Assembly (NCBI GenBank): GCA_048938105.1
Contig: JBHLMN010000002.1
Location: forward strand, 224,001-288,000
Direction: 5' to 3'
DNA from: Promethearchaeota archaeon
GTDB taxonomy: Archaea; Asgardarchaeota; Heimdallarchaeia; Hodarchaeales; Hodarchaeaceae
Length of the DNA stretch: 64,000 bases
The notes under the pieces are model-generated. The model made no database searches. It was given only the letters and a program-made list of their open reading frames with translations, and was not told the origin of the DNA. Of the stretch, positions 1 to 10,124 are shown in pieces (positions within the stretch are counted from its first letter, which is position 1; each line of letters opens with the position of its first letter). The position numbers and the translations under genes were made by a program.

Positions 1-2328
1 CTTACTTTCATCAAGCAGCTGAAAAGCACCTTCAATCTCTGGAATTTTATGAATATTCTCAAGAGTAAATTCTAGCCATTTTTCAGGGGGTAAGGTTACA
101 GATGAGAGATGTAACCGTAAGTCACATCTAAGACATCGCTTTGCTTCTTCCATAGCCATTTTTTCATTCAAGCCTAGTTCTATTTCTTTAAAACTGGTTA
201 TACGGTCTGTGAGGGGTACACGTGGCATTTGAACTCTGGATCTATCAGAGAAATCCTCTTCCCGACCAAGCCAAGGATTTGGAGTATCTGGCTCAATTAG
301 TGCTTCATCGATATTACCATTACCACCCAAGTATCTATCTATGGAAATAGCCGCTTTTCGTCCCATTTCAATTGCTTCAACAACTGATAAGGGGCCCTTT
401 ATTACTTCTCCTCCCGCAAAAATTCCTTTTACATTAGTAGAAAGGTCACTATCATTCGCACTGATTAGACCTGATGGAGAAATTTGAACTGACGTTTCTG
501 CTTCTAAAAGAGATAAGTCAGGATTCTGGCCTATGGCCATTATTACCATGTCAGTTTCAATATTCTTCCGGGTTGCTTCATCAAATCTTGGATTAAACCT
601 GCCATTCTCATCAAAAACATCTGTGCATCGAACTAATTCTATTTTTTCAACTTGATCTTTCGCGCCAACGATTTTCTTGGGACCCCATGAGCAGTGAAGA
701 GTAATATTCTCATCAATTACCTCTTGGATCTCCCATTCATGAGCAGGCATTTCTTCTCGTGATTCAAGACATGCTATCTGGACTTCCTTAGCACCTATTC
801 TAAGTGCAGTCAATGCAACATCCATTGCGACTCCACCACCTCCAATTACAAGAACTCTATTTTCTATTTGCACTTTTTTTCCTTGGGTTACATCGTTTAA
901 GAATTCTAATCCCCAAAGAACTCCCCTAAGTTCCACTCCTTCAATTTTAAGTTTTTTAGCTTGTTGTGCCCCAATAGATATAAAAATTGCTTCATAATGT
1001 TGTTGTAAATCCTCAATAGTTAATTCTTTTCCTATTATGATGTTGGTCTTGAATTCAACTCCTGCATCTCTTATATATTTAAGGTCATTTTCAAATATTT
1101 CTCGTGGTAATCGATATTCTGGAATTCCCTGTCTTAACATGCCTCCTATCTCTGAGTTCTCTTCGAAAATAACAGTTGAATGGCCATTTCTGGCCAAGTA
1201 ATAAGCTGTTGTAAGCCCTGTGGGGCCAGAACCGATGATAGCTACTTTTTTTCCAGTAGTAGGAGAAGTAGTGACTTTCGACTCCCATACTTTTGTGTCT
1301 CGTTCAATAGCAAAACGTTTGAGCGCACATATGGCAATTGGATCATTAAGCTGACCTCGGCGGCATTCTGTTTCGCAAATATGAAAACATACCCTTCCAA
1401 GGACGGAGGGAAGAGGAGTTTTCTCACGAATGACTGCAGCAGCTTCACCAAATTTACCTTCCGCAATCAATCGAATATACCGTGGAACATCCGTCCCTAA
1501 AGGACAAGTATTACGACAAGGAACGAGCGAATTTTCACGTTCAGCCCAGAGAATCTCTTTGTCAGAGAGAGCTCCTGTGGGGCAAACTTCAACACATGCC
1601 CCACAAAATTTACATCCTGATTCCTTAAGTGTCGCTTTGACGCTTCCTACTATTGTTTCACCATTTGAAAAGATAAATCCAAGAGCATTCACCCCTCGGA
1701 CATCCTGACAAACTCTTACACATCGTGTACATCCTATACACAGTTCGTAATTTCGTATAAATAGAGGTTCATCATCAAGTATTTGAATTCCTTGAGGTTT
1801 ATAGCGTGGAGTGTCGTCTCTTATCCCAACATATTCTGCTACTTTTTGTAATTCACACCTTCCTAACTCTGGACAACATCGTTCTTCTACAGGAACATTT
1901 GTGGAACATGGTTCACGACTACAACCCTCTTGTTGAGCGCAAGTTAAACAAGCATGCGGATGTTTTGCGAGAATTTTCATCATTCGTTCTTGTCTGAAAT
2001 CGTGAATCTCTGGCAAATCAGTCCAAATTATCATATTTTCTTGTATTATTGTATTACATGCTGTTACAAATTCTTCAGTACCTTCTATTTTAACAACACA
2101 AAGTTGACAACCTTCGTGTGTTTGTAAAGTTGATGAAATATCGTTCTTATATTCTACATCGCCTCGATATATAGATTCAACCGGTTTTAAATTTTGTGAT
2201 GATGTTAAATTTGGATGTGAGCAGAGTCTTGGAATATAAATATCAGATACTTCAGCAGCCTCTAATACTGTTATTCCTTTCTTTACATTAATCTTAGTAC
2301 CATTGATGCTTATAGATATCGTTTCCAT
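1..2328 (-). CDS. bzdV: BzdV-like NAD(P)H:ferredoxin oxidoreductase (N-terminal 2Fe-2S/4Fe-4S domains plus GltD-like FAD/NAD(P) domain); 3' end runs off the window
   Basis: Absent from the ORF track. Translated by hand from ATG 2328 (METISISINGTKINV...IPRLCSHP...GCQLCVV...CIGCTRCVRVC...CKFCGACVEVCPTGAL...IIGSGPTG...VIGGGGVAMDVA), open to position 1. Lies directly downstream of bzdM. Confidence 0.8.
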   Translation of the reverse strand, partial: METISISINGTKINVKKGITVLEAAEVSDIYIPRLCSHPNLTSSQNLKPVESIYRGDVEYKNDISSTLQTHEGCQLCVVKIEGTEEFVTACNTIIQENMIIWTDLPEIHDFRQERMMKILAKHPHACLTCAQQEGCSREPCSTNVPVEERCCPELGRCELQKVAEYVGIRDDTPRYKPQGIQILDDEPLFIRNYELCIGCTRCVRVCQDVRGVNALGFIFSNGETIVGSVKATLKESGCKFCGACVEVCPTGALSDKEILWAERENSLVPCRNTCPLGTDVPRYIRLIAEGKFGEAAAVIREKTPLPSVLGRVCFHICETECRRGQLNDPIAICALKRFAIERDTKVWESKVTTSPTTGKKVAIIGSGPTGLTTAYYLARNGHSTVIFEENSEIGGMLRQGIPEYRLPREIFENDLKYIRDAGVEFKTNIIIGKELTIEDLQQHYEAIFISIGAQQAKKLKIEGVELRGVLWGLEFLNDVTQGKKVQIENRVLVIGGGGVAMDVALTALRIGAKEVQIACLESREEMPAHEWEIQEVIDENITLHCSWGPKKIVGAKDQVEKIELVRCTDVFDENGRFNPRFDEATRKNIETDMVIMAIGQNPDLSLLEAETSVQISPSGLISANDSDLSTNVKGIFAGGEVIKGPLSVVEAIEMGRKAAISIDRYLGGNGNIDEALIEPDTPNPWLGREEDFSDRSRVQMPRVPLTDRITSFKEIELGLNEKMAMEEAKRCLRCDLRLHLSSVTLPPEKWLEFTLENIHKIPEIEGAFQLLDESK

Positions 2329-2436
2329 CCTTAAACTCTCCTAATAGATGAGTATCTGAAGAATCTATTCAGAATAAGTTGATAAAAAACACAAATTACC
2401 ATATTATGATAGTTGTCCTCATAGAATAAAATTAAC

Positions 2437-2724
2437 TCACCAAGAGTGGGTTAAAGCTCTAGGTTCACAAACTTGAACACATGGTAATTCTCTTGGTTCA
2501 CCAGTTGGTTTACATGGAGCGCACGAATATTTAATCTTTTTACGATGTTCTTCGGTGACTCTTGCAACAAGTTCTTCTGCTAAAGGATCTAATTCGTTTT
2601 CTATAACTTCGAGAACTCCCTCAGGGCAAGTCTCGACACATTTTCCACAGCCATCACACAGATCTGTATCTATCGTGATGAAATATTCTCCTGAACCATC
2701 TTTATATCCATAATTTGCTTTCAT
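2437..2724 (-). CDS. bzdM: Benzoyl-CoA reductase-associated ferredoxin
   Basis: ANYGYKDGSGEYFITIDTDLCDGCGKCVETCP...YSCAPCKP...CVQVC pattern; operon position. Confidence 0.8.
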   Translation of the reverse strand: MKANYGYKDGSGEYFITIDTDLCDGCGKCVETCPEGVLEVIENELDPLAEELVARVTEEHRKKIKYSCAPCKPTGEPRELPCVQVCEPRALTHSW

Positions 2725-2766
2725 TTCTTATTCTTTCCATATTATGACCTTAAGTTGAATGAAATT

Positions 2767-3651
2767 CTAGCCTGCTTTCTTACGAGCCTTTTCTACCAAA
2801 GCCTTTCCAAATAAGGCGCCCCCAATCGCTCCTGCAAGTTGAGGATCAACATTGGGTTCAGGAGCAGTTATTTCTAATTCTTTTTCGATACGAGAAACCA
2901 CGCCAATATTTTTTGCAATACCACCAGTTATTGCAAAATCATTTTCTACTCCAAGCCGTTCTAAAAGAGTAACAACTCTATGAGCCATAGCTGCACAATA
3001 AGCCGCTAAAACTCTTTCTTTAGACCAACCCTTTCGAAGTAATCCAACAGCTTCAGATTTGGCAAAAACAACGCATGTACTACTTACTGGCTCTGGTTCA
3101 TCATCTACTAATGACATCTGCCCAACATCATTGATGTGAACTTGCAGAAGATCCGCAAAAACTTCCATCCCTCGCCCTGTTCCTGCTGCGCACTTATCAT
3201 TCATGAGAAAAGCGGTAACTTTTCCACGTTGATCGCAGCGAATCGCCTTACAGTCTTGGCCACCCATATCTAGGACAGTTCTGATCGTTGGCCCATACAT
3301 ATAATTCGCTCCACGTGCATGGCAAGCGATTTCCGTTATAGCCCGTTTTGCGAAAGGAACATTAACACGACCATAACCTGTGCCCACACTGTACTCAATT
3401 TTGTTTAAAGTGAGGCCTGTATCTTCAAGTGCCCAATTTATAGCTTTAACAGCACTATCTGGGCTATCACTTCCAGTTCTCATGTTTGAATAGCAATAGA
3501 GATTTCCATCAACCATAACTACTGCTTGAGTACTAACTGATCCAACATCTATACCAGCAGTTATAATATCGGCATCTTTCCAATTTAAATCTGGGTTTGT
3601 CCAACGTGATTCAGTCCATCTCCAATATTCTACACTATCCGTACTTGTCAT
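2767..3651 (-). CDS. bzdQ: Class I benzoyl-CoA reductase ATPase subunit Q (ASKHA activase)
   Basis: EYWRWTES N-terminus, GIDVGSVSTQ, DMGGQDCK, MNDKCAAGTGRG, SSTCVVFAKSE. Confidence 0.9.
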   Translation of the reverse strand: MTSTDSVEYWRWTESRWTNPDLNWKDADIITAGIDVGSVSTQAVVMVDGNLYCYSNMRTGSDSPDSAVKAINWALEDTGLTLNKIEYSVGTGYGRVNVPFAKRAITEIACHARGANYMYGPTIRTVLDMGGQDCKAIRCDQRGKVTAFLMNDKCAAGTGRGMEVFADLLQVHINDVGQMSLVDDEPEPVSSTCVVFAKSEAVGLLRKGWSKERVLAAYCAAMAHRVVTLLERLGVENDFAITGGIAKNIGVVSRIEKELEITAPEPNVDPQLAGAIGGALFGKALVEKARKKAG

Positions 3652-3655
3652 TGTT

Positions 3656-4474
3656 TCATCCTCCTATTCGATCTTGTGCTGTAAGCGCTGCCCCATAGGC
3701 ACTCACGAACTCTGGTTTAATTGGATCTTCAGGTACTAGGATCTCACATTTAAGGTTCCGCTTCATTGAATCTACAAATCCGACATTATTTGCCACGCCT
3801 CCAATTAATGCTACATCTTGTTCAATACCTACCCTACGAGCCATGCTCGTGATCCTATCAGCAATTGCGTCGTGTACGGCACGTAAGATGTCTTCTTTAG
3901 GCGTTTTTTGATGTATTAATGATACAACCTCAGATTCTGCGAAAATTGTGCATTGAGCGTTCATTGGAACAGCTTTCGTTGATTTCAGAGAGAGTTCCCC
4001 CATCTTTTCGATATCTATTTCGAGTGCTCTTGCCATTGCTTCCGTGAATGCTCCTGCTCCTGCAGCACATTTTTCATTAATGCCAAAATCAACAACTTTT
4101 CCACTTTCATTAAGACGAATAGCTCTACCTTCTTCTGCACCTACGTCGATGACTGTACGAACAGAAGGGAAGATTGCGATTATTCCACGTGCATCAGCGC
4201 TGATCTCAGTGACCGTATCATTCGCGAAGGTCGTTGCCTCCATTCCTGCACCTGTAGCAGTGAAATGGTTAATTTCATTTTTAGTGATTCCAGCATTGTT
4301 TAACGCTTTGTTTAGTGCCTGTTCTTCGGAAGCTTTCTGGTCAAATCCACTCAAGACAGAGGAAACAGCTAAAATTTGGCCATTTTTTAGAATAACTGCT
4401 TTAGTATTTTTAGCTCCATAATCCATTCCAATAGCTACCATAATTTCATCACTCCGTAATTTTTTCAAATTCAA
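3656..4474 (-). CDS. bzdP: Class I benzoyl-CoA reductase ATPase subunit P (true start probably the Met near 4441)
   Basis: [33 protein letters not shown]. Confidence 0.88.
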   Translation of the reverse strand: MNLKKLRSDEIMVAIGMDYGAKNTKAVILKNGQILAVSSVLSGFDQKASEEQALNKALNNAGITKNEINHFTATGAGMEATTFANDTVTEISADARGIIAIFPSVRTVIDVGAEEGRAIRLNESGKVVDFGINEKCAAGAGAFTEAMARALEIDIEKMGELSLKSTKAVPMNAQCTIFAESEVVSLIHQKTPKEDILRAVHDAIADRITSMARRVGIEQDVALIGGVANNVGFVDSMKRNLKCEILVPEDPIKPEFVSAYGAALTAQDRIGG

Positions 4475-5765
4475 GAGACTCCATGAAGGCGTCTATCCGA
4501 GTCATTGTTTTAGTGAGATCAAATTCTCTCTCATCTCCCATATTTCCCTCAAATGGCATCACGGGAAAGCCTGCTTTCTGAATAGCTAAACGATTTTCTG
4601 CAATCCCTAGGCTTAATCCTTCACACCCTCTATTGAAGTGTAAAAGAACCCCATTTAGCTTCCATTCACGTGCAATGCGAATCATCATCTCCGACTTAAG
4701 TTTTGGATGGTAGAAATGTTGCCATTCTGGCTTACTTAAGTTCCATTCAGCAAGAGCTCTCAAAGCTTCGTCTCTATTAGTTATTTCAATGTCAGGAATA
4801 GCTCTTGGCCCCCAAGTTCCATCTTCTTGATCCTCCCAAAGTCCAATCAGCGAGAAAGTGTAAAGGCTTCCCACCGATACACAACCATATTTCTCTAGAT
4901 AGCGAAAGACTTTGAGGAATGCCCATGGAGGTTGTGTATCAGTCATCACACGACATTGCTCATTCCCAACAGCAGCTATTCCACGCTTTACACGATCTTT
5001 CACTTCTGGGTAGAGGTCTTTCTCATAAAAATCAGCTGTCCATTGAGCTGATTTTCTTAATGTACCTAAGACATAAAGAGAATACATTGACTTTTCATCT
5101 AGCGGTGCAGGGATTGTCTTATTAAGAGCACAAATGGCTGCCCAATAATGACAGCTACGAAATTCATTATGAACTGCCTTAATTAGGAGTTCATCATCAT
5201 ATTCTCGACCAGTCATCTTTTCAAGCCACTTAATTCCGTCGTGCATTTGTCCAACAATATAGTTGATTCTGCTATCAGTCAATTCTCCATACGGGCCAAC
5301 TGAGACGTCAATGCTATACATCGGAACACCGCCTTCTAGTGAAGAAGCTACTTGATACCATTTAGAATGGGAACAACAAATGTGATCTTGCCAGATAAAA
5401 TCAGCCTTTGGAAATTCCTCAGAAAATTGTGGCCAGGCGTATTTGTTTAGGAGAATCGATCCCCAATAATTGCGCATGTAAGAGCAGAGATCGCGTGCAT
5501 AACCCTTTGTTTCTATCGCTTCTTGGCATTCTGTAGCAAATTCTTTATTCCATGCAACAGTTGCTCCATAAGGTTCGCCAGTTAAAGCCCATACATCATC
5601 ACCCAAACCAGAAGGAATGGCGTCAAAAGACCATGCTCCACCTGCCCAACGAATTCCTCCTTTTTCATGAGCCTCCGCGAAACCTTTGTAATAATTTTCC
5701 CGAAGAGCTTTAGCTTTTCCCCAGCATTTCAATCGTTCTGTAGGATATTTTGTTGAACTCATCAT
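4449..5765 (-). CDS. bzdO: Class I benzoyl-CoA reductase subunit O (2-hydroxyacyl-CoA dehydratase fold)
   Basis: [61 protein letters not shown]. Confidence 0.9.
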   Translation of the reverse strand: MMSSTKYPTERLKCWGKAKALRENYYKGFAEAHEKGGIRWAGGAWSFDAIPSGLGDDVWALTGEPYGATVAWNKEFATECQEAIETKGYARDLCSYMRNYWGSILLNKYAWPQFSEEFPKADFIWQDHICCSHSKWYQVASSLEGGVPMYSIDVSVGPYGELTDSRINYIVGQMHDGIKWLEKMTGREYDDELLIKAVHNEFRSCHYWAAICALNKTIPAPLDEKSMYSLYVLGTLRKSAQWTADFYEKDLYPEVKDRVKRGIAAVGNEQCRVMTDTQPPWAFLKVFRYLEKYGCVSVGSLYTFSLIGLWEDQEDGTWGPRAIPDIEITNRDEALRALAEWNLSKPEWQHFYHPKLKSEMMIRIAREWKLNGVLLHFNRGCEGLSLGIAENRLAIQKAGFPVMPFEGNMGDEREFDLTKTMTRIDAFMESLEFEKITE

Positions 5766-5773
5766 TATTCCTC

Positions 5774-6937
5774 CTAAAACAAATCCTCCTCTCTTATAAT
5801 TTCAAGAAAAGCCTCGACACGTGTCTTGAATTGGCCAATGGGCACTGTAACATCCAATTCGAGAAATAGGGTCGAAAGACCATTCTTTTCCAAGGTCTCT
5901 TTAATAATTGGAATATCCAATTCATGAGGGTCACAGAATTTCTGTTGGATTAAGATGGCTCCTTGGACATCATAATCTTTCGCCATCTGTACAATATGAT
6001 CGAGTCTCGTTCGTTCGGGCCAATCTTTACTAGGACATGGAACCCGTTTTATATATCGTTCAGCGATTGCTGTTAACGGATCACCTGTTGGATCTACTTC
6101 TTCTTGGAAATATCGTGTGCCTGTACAGTGATCATCAGTTACAAACGTCGCTCCTAGATCCTCAACCATTGCTATGAATTCAGTATCATCATCTTCAGAG
6201 CCCAAGATCATAAGCCGTTCACCAGGATTCCCCATATTTCTTGAGGGAAGTTGTTGTAGAAGTGATTCTAACGCCTTGTTGTGATCATGTTTATCAGTCG
6301 TTTGACTTGATACTACCATGTACATTGCTTCAAGCCCAGTCAATGGTGGATTAATACCCTTTCTTAGTTCATATACTTGTTTCATAAGACGCCTATTCAT
6401 ATTCATGAGTTCAATTCCGCGTTTAAGATCTTCATCCGTGATCGTTCGACCTATCCATTTCTCAATAGACGTTTTGAACTGAACTAGTTCTTCCCTTAAA
6501 TAGGGAATCGCATGAGGGCTTTGAACATGCATTGGATGAGGTAAATAGTAACTGTAATCTGTAGGGATATGAATATCCCAGCTTGTATATGCCTGTCTGA
6601 CGTGTAGACAGCTCTGGGCAATCATAATTCCATCAAGATAGTCAAAGCGTCCTTTAAGTCCCTGTGCCAAGCAATCTCGACAAAAAGGACAGAACATTGC
6701 AAAAATATGGGGTTCAGTGACATCTTGGGGTTCATGACTACCTAAAATGCGAACAGGAAGAATATTTGCTGCATATAGAATCTCCTCGGGAACGTAAGTG
6801 CAAAAAAAACCCATTACTTTATCCCCTGTACGTTCTTTCCAGGCTTTTGCATAATCATGTCGATTTTTGTACCAATCCTTGAATTGGTCAAACAATTCTT
6901 TCTCTTCTTTCTGTACTAGTTCCATCAAATTGAACAC
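5774..6937 (-). CDS. bzdN: Class I benzoyl-CoA reductase subunit N
   Basis: [49 protein letters not shown]. Confidence 0.9.
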   Translation of the reverse strand: MFNLMELVQKEEKELFDQFKDWYKNRHDYAKAWKERTGDKVMGFFCTYVPEEILYAANILPVRILGSHEPQDVTEPHIFAMFCPFCRDCLAQGLKGRFDYLDGIMIAQSCLHVRQAYTSWDIHIPTDYSYYLPHPMHVQSPHAIPYLREELVQFKTSIEKWIGRTITDEDLKRGIELMNMNRRLMKQVYELRKGINPPLTGLEAMYMVVSSQTTDKHDHNKALESLLQQLPSRNMGNPGERLMILGSEDDDTEFIAMVEDLGATFVTDDHCTGTRYFQEEVDPTGDPLTAIAERYIKRVPCPSKDWPERTRLDHIVQMAKDYDVQGAILIQQKFCDPHELDIPIIKETLEKNGLSTLFLELDVTVPIGQFKTRVEAFLEIIREEDLF

Positions 6938-6969
6938 CTTTTATTAATCCAATTGACCGCACTCATTCT

Positions 6970-7419
6970 TCATAACTCTTTCTTTAGTGTAATAAAATCA
7001 CTTTTAGTCATTTCCAGGGTTCTAAAAAACTCTAATAGATCACTAGAAGTCCACTTAACAGATGTATAAACAGTCTTGACTTTTTGTGATTTAAATTCTT
7101 CAAGTAACTGTTCTCCAAGTTTTTTTCCAACCCCTTTTGCTGTATGTGAGGGATCCACACCCAGGATTTCAATCCAACCCCCATTTTCAATACCAAATAA
7201 CCAGGGATGCACTGTTCCAATCATAAATCCTACAACCCGGCCTTGGATTTCTGCAACAAGACAAATACTGTTGTTTTTTAGATAATGTTGTATTTCAGAT
7301 TTCCACATTTTGGGTCTATTGAACCCAGATATTTCCTTATCAAGATCAGTGATTTCAGAAATGTCTTCTTCTCGCATTTCTCGGATATGGATTATTTCAT
7401 CAACACTCATCTTGAACAT
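6970..7419 (-). CDS. GNAT-family acetyltransferase, second gene of the reductase operon
   Basis: LVAEIQGRVVGF, GWIEILGVDP...KGVGKKL (acetyl-CoA-binding motif A). Confidence 0.8.
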   Translation of the reverse strand: MFKMSVDEIIHIREMREEDISEITDLDKEISGFNRPKMWKSEIQHYLKNNSICLVAEIQGRVVGFMIGTVHPWLFGIENGGWIEILGVDPSHTAKGVGKKLGEQLLEEFKSQKVKTVYTSVKWTSSDLLEFFRTLEMTKSDFITLKKEL

Positions 7420-7438
7420 CTCAAAATATCATATTAAG

Positions 7439-7666
7439 TTACTTTTTCTTTCTCAATCTTGAAACACGAATGATTTTTACTCGTTTTCCAATCCAACCCT
7501 TCGGTAAATATACACGGCCCGTATTGCCACTTTGTTTCACTTCTCGATCAAGCATTTCAAATCCAATAACTTTAAATTCTGAAGGTTGGTCTTCAACTGC
7601 TTCGATCACAATGTTTGCTGTATTTTTTCCAACTTCGAGCTTTTTAACAGGTGTCTCGGGGATTAT
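7439..7666 (-). CDS. DUF2080-family (AbrB-like) small protein, probable regulator; probable ATA start
   Basis: Absent from the ORF track. Reads IIPETPVKK...FKVIGFEMLDREVKQSGNTGRVYLPKGWIGKRVKIIRV...KKK*. GGAGG lies 5 nt before the ATA and an in-frame TAG lies just upstream; an internal GTG start is the alternative. Confidence 0.75.
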   Translation of the reverse strand: MIPETPVKKLEVGKNTANIVIEAVEDQPSEFKVIGFEMLDREVKQSGNTGRVYLPKGWIGKRVKIIRVSRLRKKK

Positions 7667-7676
7667 TAGAGCCTCC

Positions 7677-7801
7677 TAAATTCGAATGGTTGATGCAAGT
7701 TATAAATTATAAGTGTATTGTAAGTGCTAGGGCCCTACTAATTTCGAATGACTGATATGAGGAGTGTATTGTAAGTGTTTTTCACTTTTCAGTGTATAGT
7801 A
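7677..7801. promoter_or_regulatory. Putative promoter/operator of the bzd operon with 15-bp direct repeats
   Basis: AGTGTATTGTAAGTG exactly at 7712-7726 and 7763-7777, partial copy at 7791-7801; TTCGAATG also duplicated; palindrome TAGGGCCCTA at 7728-7737; TATA-like sequence next to the proximal repeat. Confidence 0.55.
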
Positions 7802-7840
7802 TTAATAGAAAAACTAGGATCAAAATTACAAAACTCTTAA

Positions 7841-7862
7841 TCTTCGACATCATTGTCGAAGA
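7841..7862. repeat. Perfect inverted repeat
   Basis: TCTTCGACA-TCAT-TGTCGAAGA (9-bp arms). Confidence 0.7.
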
Positions 7863-8029
7863 CAACTATCAAAGTACTAAGAATGTAAATTGGCAATCAA
7901 ACGAGTATGAAGCCAGAAACACATGAAAAAAAGTCAAAACGAGAAGGAGATCTGAAAACCAACTGGCTAATAGTAGACCGAATGCGAGAAGAGACTTAGG
8001 AGGCCTGTTTTCTCAAATAATAAGTCTAG

Positions 8030-8311
8030 CTAGTCTGAAGAAGGCGGGGGCAGGACTTGGTTGAGTTGCCATAGCTTGTTGGTGAGCACCTTGCGGGTAT
8101 TAGGAGGGAGGCGTGGAAAAGGGAAGGAAGAGTAATTAGGGAGGGTGTCGCGCACCGCTCTAATGCAAATAGTACGGGCCCAAATTTCGGGTTTCTTAAT
8201 ACGGGAGGCTTTCTGGGTAGGGATAGAGGCCTTGGCAATGAGGAGGCAGGCCTGTTTGATGCGGAAGATCTGTTCCTTGGAACAGTTCGTGAGAACTAGC
8301 TCGTGATTCAT
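8030..8311 (-). CDS. Hypothetical protein or 5'-truncated gene fragment
   Basis: 93-aa ORF; frame stays open upstream to about 8405 without an obvious start and SD; more GC-rich than its flanks. Confidence 0.35.
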   Translation of the reverse strand: MNHELVLTNCSKEQIFRIKQACLLIAKASIPTQKASRIKKPEIWARTICIRAVRDTLPNYSSFPFPRLPPNTRKVLTNKLWQLNQVLPPPSSD

Positions 8312-8525
8312 GACTTGAACAACAGTGGAGAACAGGGCAGACTGATGAGTCTGGGCACGAATTTTGATCCATTGGTTACGAAGAGGGGGAAATTTGTTAA
8401 TCTTTTATAAGTCAGTTTCAAGAATCCTTTTTATTTTCTACTCTTTTTATTATCTCTCTGTAAAAGATTTATAAAGTGTAGGGAAGTAGTTTACCTAAGA
8501 AAAAAAATAGCTGGTGAACATAAAA

Positions 8526-8603
8526 ATGCTAACAAAAAATGAAATAATTGGAATAATCTCTGTCCTAGCGTTTTTGATTGGAATAGCGTTCTATAAATCG
8601 TAA
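8526..8603 (+). CDS. Possible 25-aa single-TM microprotein
   Basis: MLTKNEIIGIISVLAFLIGIAFYKS*, preceded by a GGTGA SD-like motif. Confidence 0.3.
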   Translation: MLTKNEIIGIISVLAFLIGIAFYKS

Positions 8604-8770
8604 AGAATCCAGCAAGAATAGATATAATATGCGTAAGGTATGATGAACTTCCAGAGATTTTTTAAGAGAGTATTAATTTTCAATTAAATGTTCTAGCAGA
8701 ATATGAGAGAAATAAAATGAAATCAAATTATCGGAAAGGATCTATCAAGAGAATATACAATTGGTGATAT

Positions 8771-10066
8771 ATGCTGAAAAGAGAATATGAGGATCATTAT
8801 CTAAATTTGGACCTCCCTCTTTTAGAAAAAAAGTTTTTAGTTGAGAGTCGAATTCCTATTCACTGTTTGACTGTTGAGGATCGACACATCGTTGGAATTG
8901 AGTACTCTTCTCGTCTTAACACTCTCCCTGCTTCGATTGGAGGATTGAGTGAGTTAAAAATATTACGTTTATCTTCTAGTTCTTTAGGGGAACTCCCTGA
9001 GGAAATAGGCCGACTCACGAAATTGGAAACTTTGGTTCTGTCGGAAAACTTTTTGGTCACCCTTCCTGATACTATCGGAGACTTGGGTAGACTTCAGGAG
9101 TTAGTTCTCTCCCTGAATTATCTAAAGACTCTTCCTGATACAATTGGAAATTTGACGAATCTCCGTACCTTAGATCTAGGTGACCCATATGTAGGTTACG
9201 ATTTCTTTACAGAGGAACAAGACGAATCAGACCATGTCAATAGGTATTCTCCGATTGGTATTACTCTGTTTAAGGAGTTTTCTTCTAAGATTGGCGTTAC
9301 TCTTTTTGAGAGGGTTTCTTCCCAGTTTGGACAGATACCTTTGGGGGAATTGTATCGGTTACTTGATCCAGATAGTAATCATTTGATGTCCATTCCCAAT
9401 ACAGTGGGGAACTTATCCAATTTAGAGACATTACATCTTCAGGGGAATTGGTTGGCGACTCTCCCCGACACAATTGGGAATTTAACTAACCTCGTAGAAT
9501 TAAACTTACTAGGGAACCCCTTAGAGACCCTCCCAATTTCTATACGCAATCTTCCAAATCTCGAATTTCTTCGGATCTATAGTCCTATCAGTCTGGTCTC
9601 GGATTCAGAACGGTGTCCTAGTGAGGTAGTAGATCTTTTAGAGGATTTACGTCAGAAAGGATGTTGGGTTGAAAACTCTCTGACCTCGATGGAGGAGGGG
9701 ATGACACGTCCTCCAATTGATCTCTCCACGATCCCCCAACTGGATGACGTACAGCTCCCATCGTCTTTGAAACACACTTGGGATAAATGCTTAGATGGTT
9801 TTAAGACAGGTGGTTTTTATGCCTTTTTTGAGGAGCTTTACCGTATCATTATAAGCGTGTTACACGTTGGTTGGTATGAGTTTAAGGAAGAGTTGAATGC
9901 TAAAGTGTCCGAGTATAAACTATCTGAATTTATGCCTTTCTTTACACAGTTACTCTCTGTCAGGGAGTCTTTTGATTCTGATGTCCACTACTGGCCCTCG
10001 GAGGATGAAGCTCGTGAACTTCTGATCCAAGCATGTACTTTTCTCTCTTATAAACAGATACCATAA
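8771..10066 (+). CDS. Leucine-rich-repeat protein with C-terminal helical (possibly HEPN-like) domain
   Basis: Repeated LxxLxLxxNxLxTLPDTIGNL units. Confidence 0.85.
   Translation: MLKREYEDHYLNLDLPLLEKKFLVESRIPIHCLTVEDRHIVGIEYSSRLNTLPASIGGLSELKILRLSSSSLGELPEEIGRLTKLETLVLSENFLVTLPDTIGDLGRLQELVLSLNYLKTLPDTIGNLTNLRTLDLGDPYVGYDFFTEEQDESDHVNRYSPIGITLFKEFSSKIGVTLFERVSSQFGQIPLGELYRLLDPDSNHLMSIPNTVGNLSNLETLHLQGNWLATLPDTIGNLTNLVELNLLGNPLETLPISIRNLPNLEFLRIYSPISLVSDSERCPSEVVDLLEDLRQKGCWVENSLTSMEEGMTRPPIDLSTIPQLDDVQLPSSLKHTWDKCLDGFKTGGFYAFFEELYRIIISVLHVGWYEFKEELNAKVSEYKLSEFMPFFTQLLSVRESFDSDVHYWPSEDEARELLIQACTFLSYKQIP
9254..9325 (+). repeat. Degenerate 36-bp tandem duplication inside an LRR insertion
   Basis: IGITLFKEFSSK / IGVTLFERVSSQ with matching DNA. 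Confidence 0.65.
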
Positions 10067-10124
10067 TGAATTTCTGTATTTCGATATAATGCAATTTCTA
10101 TGATTTTATCCGCAATATAGTAGA

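Noticed and set aside
1091-1997. Short track ORFs in this interval
   Set aside because: Antisense or out-of-frame shadows of the long bzdV-like frame
7439-7666. DUF2080 as evidence of a transposon
   Set aside because: No transposase, terminal repeats or target duplication; the gene is co-oriented with the operon
7470-7679. Plus-strand 69-aa ORF
   Set aside because: Antisense shadow of the DUF2080 gene
7712-7801. Direct repeats as a mini CRISPR array
   Set aside because: Only two full 15-bp copies, too short, and no cas genes
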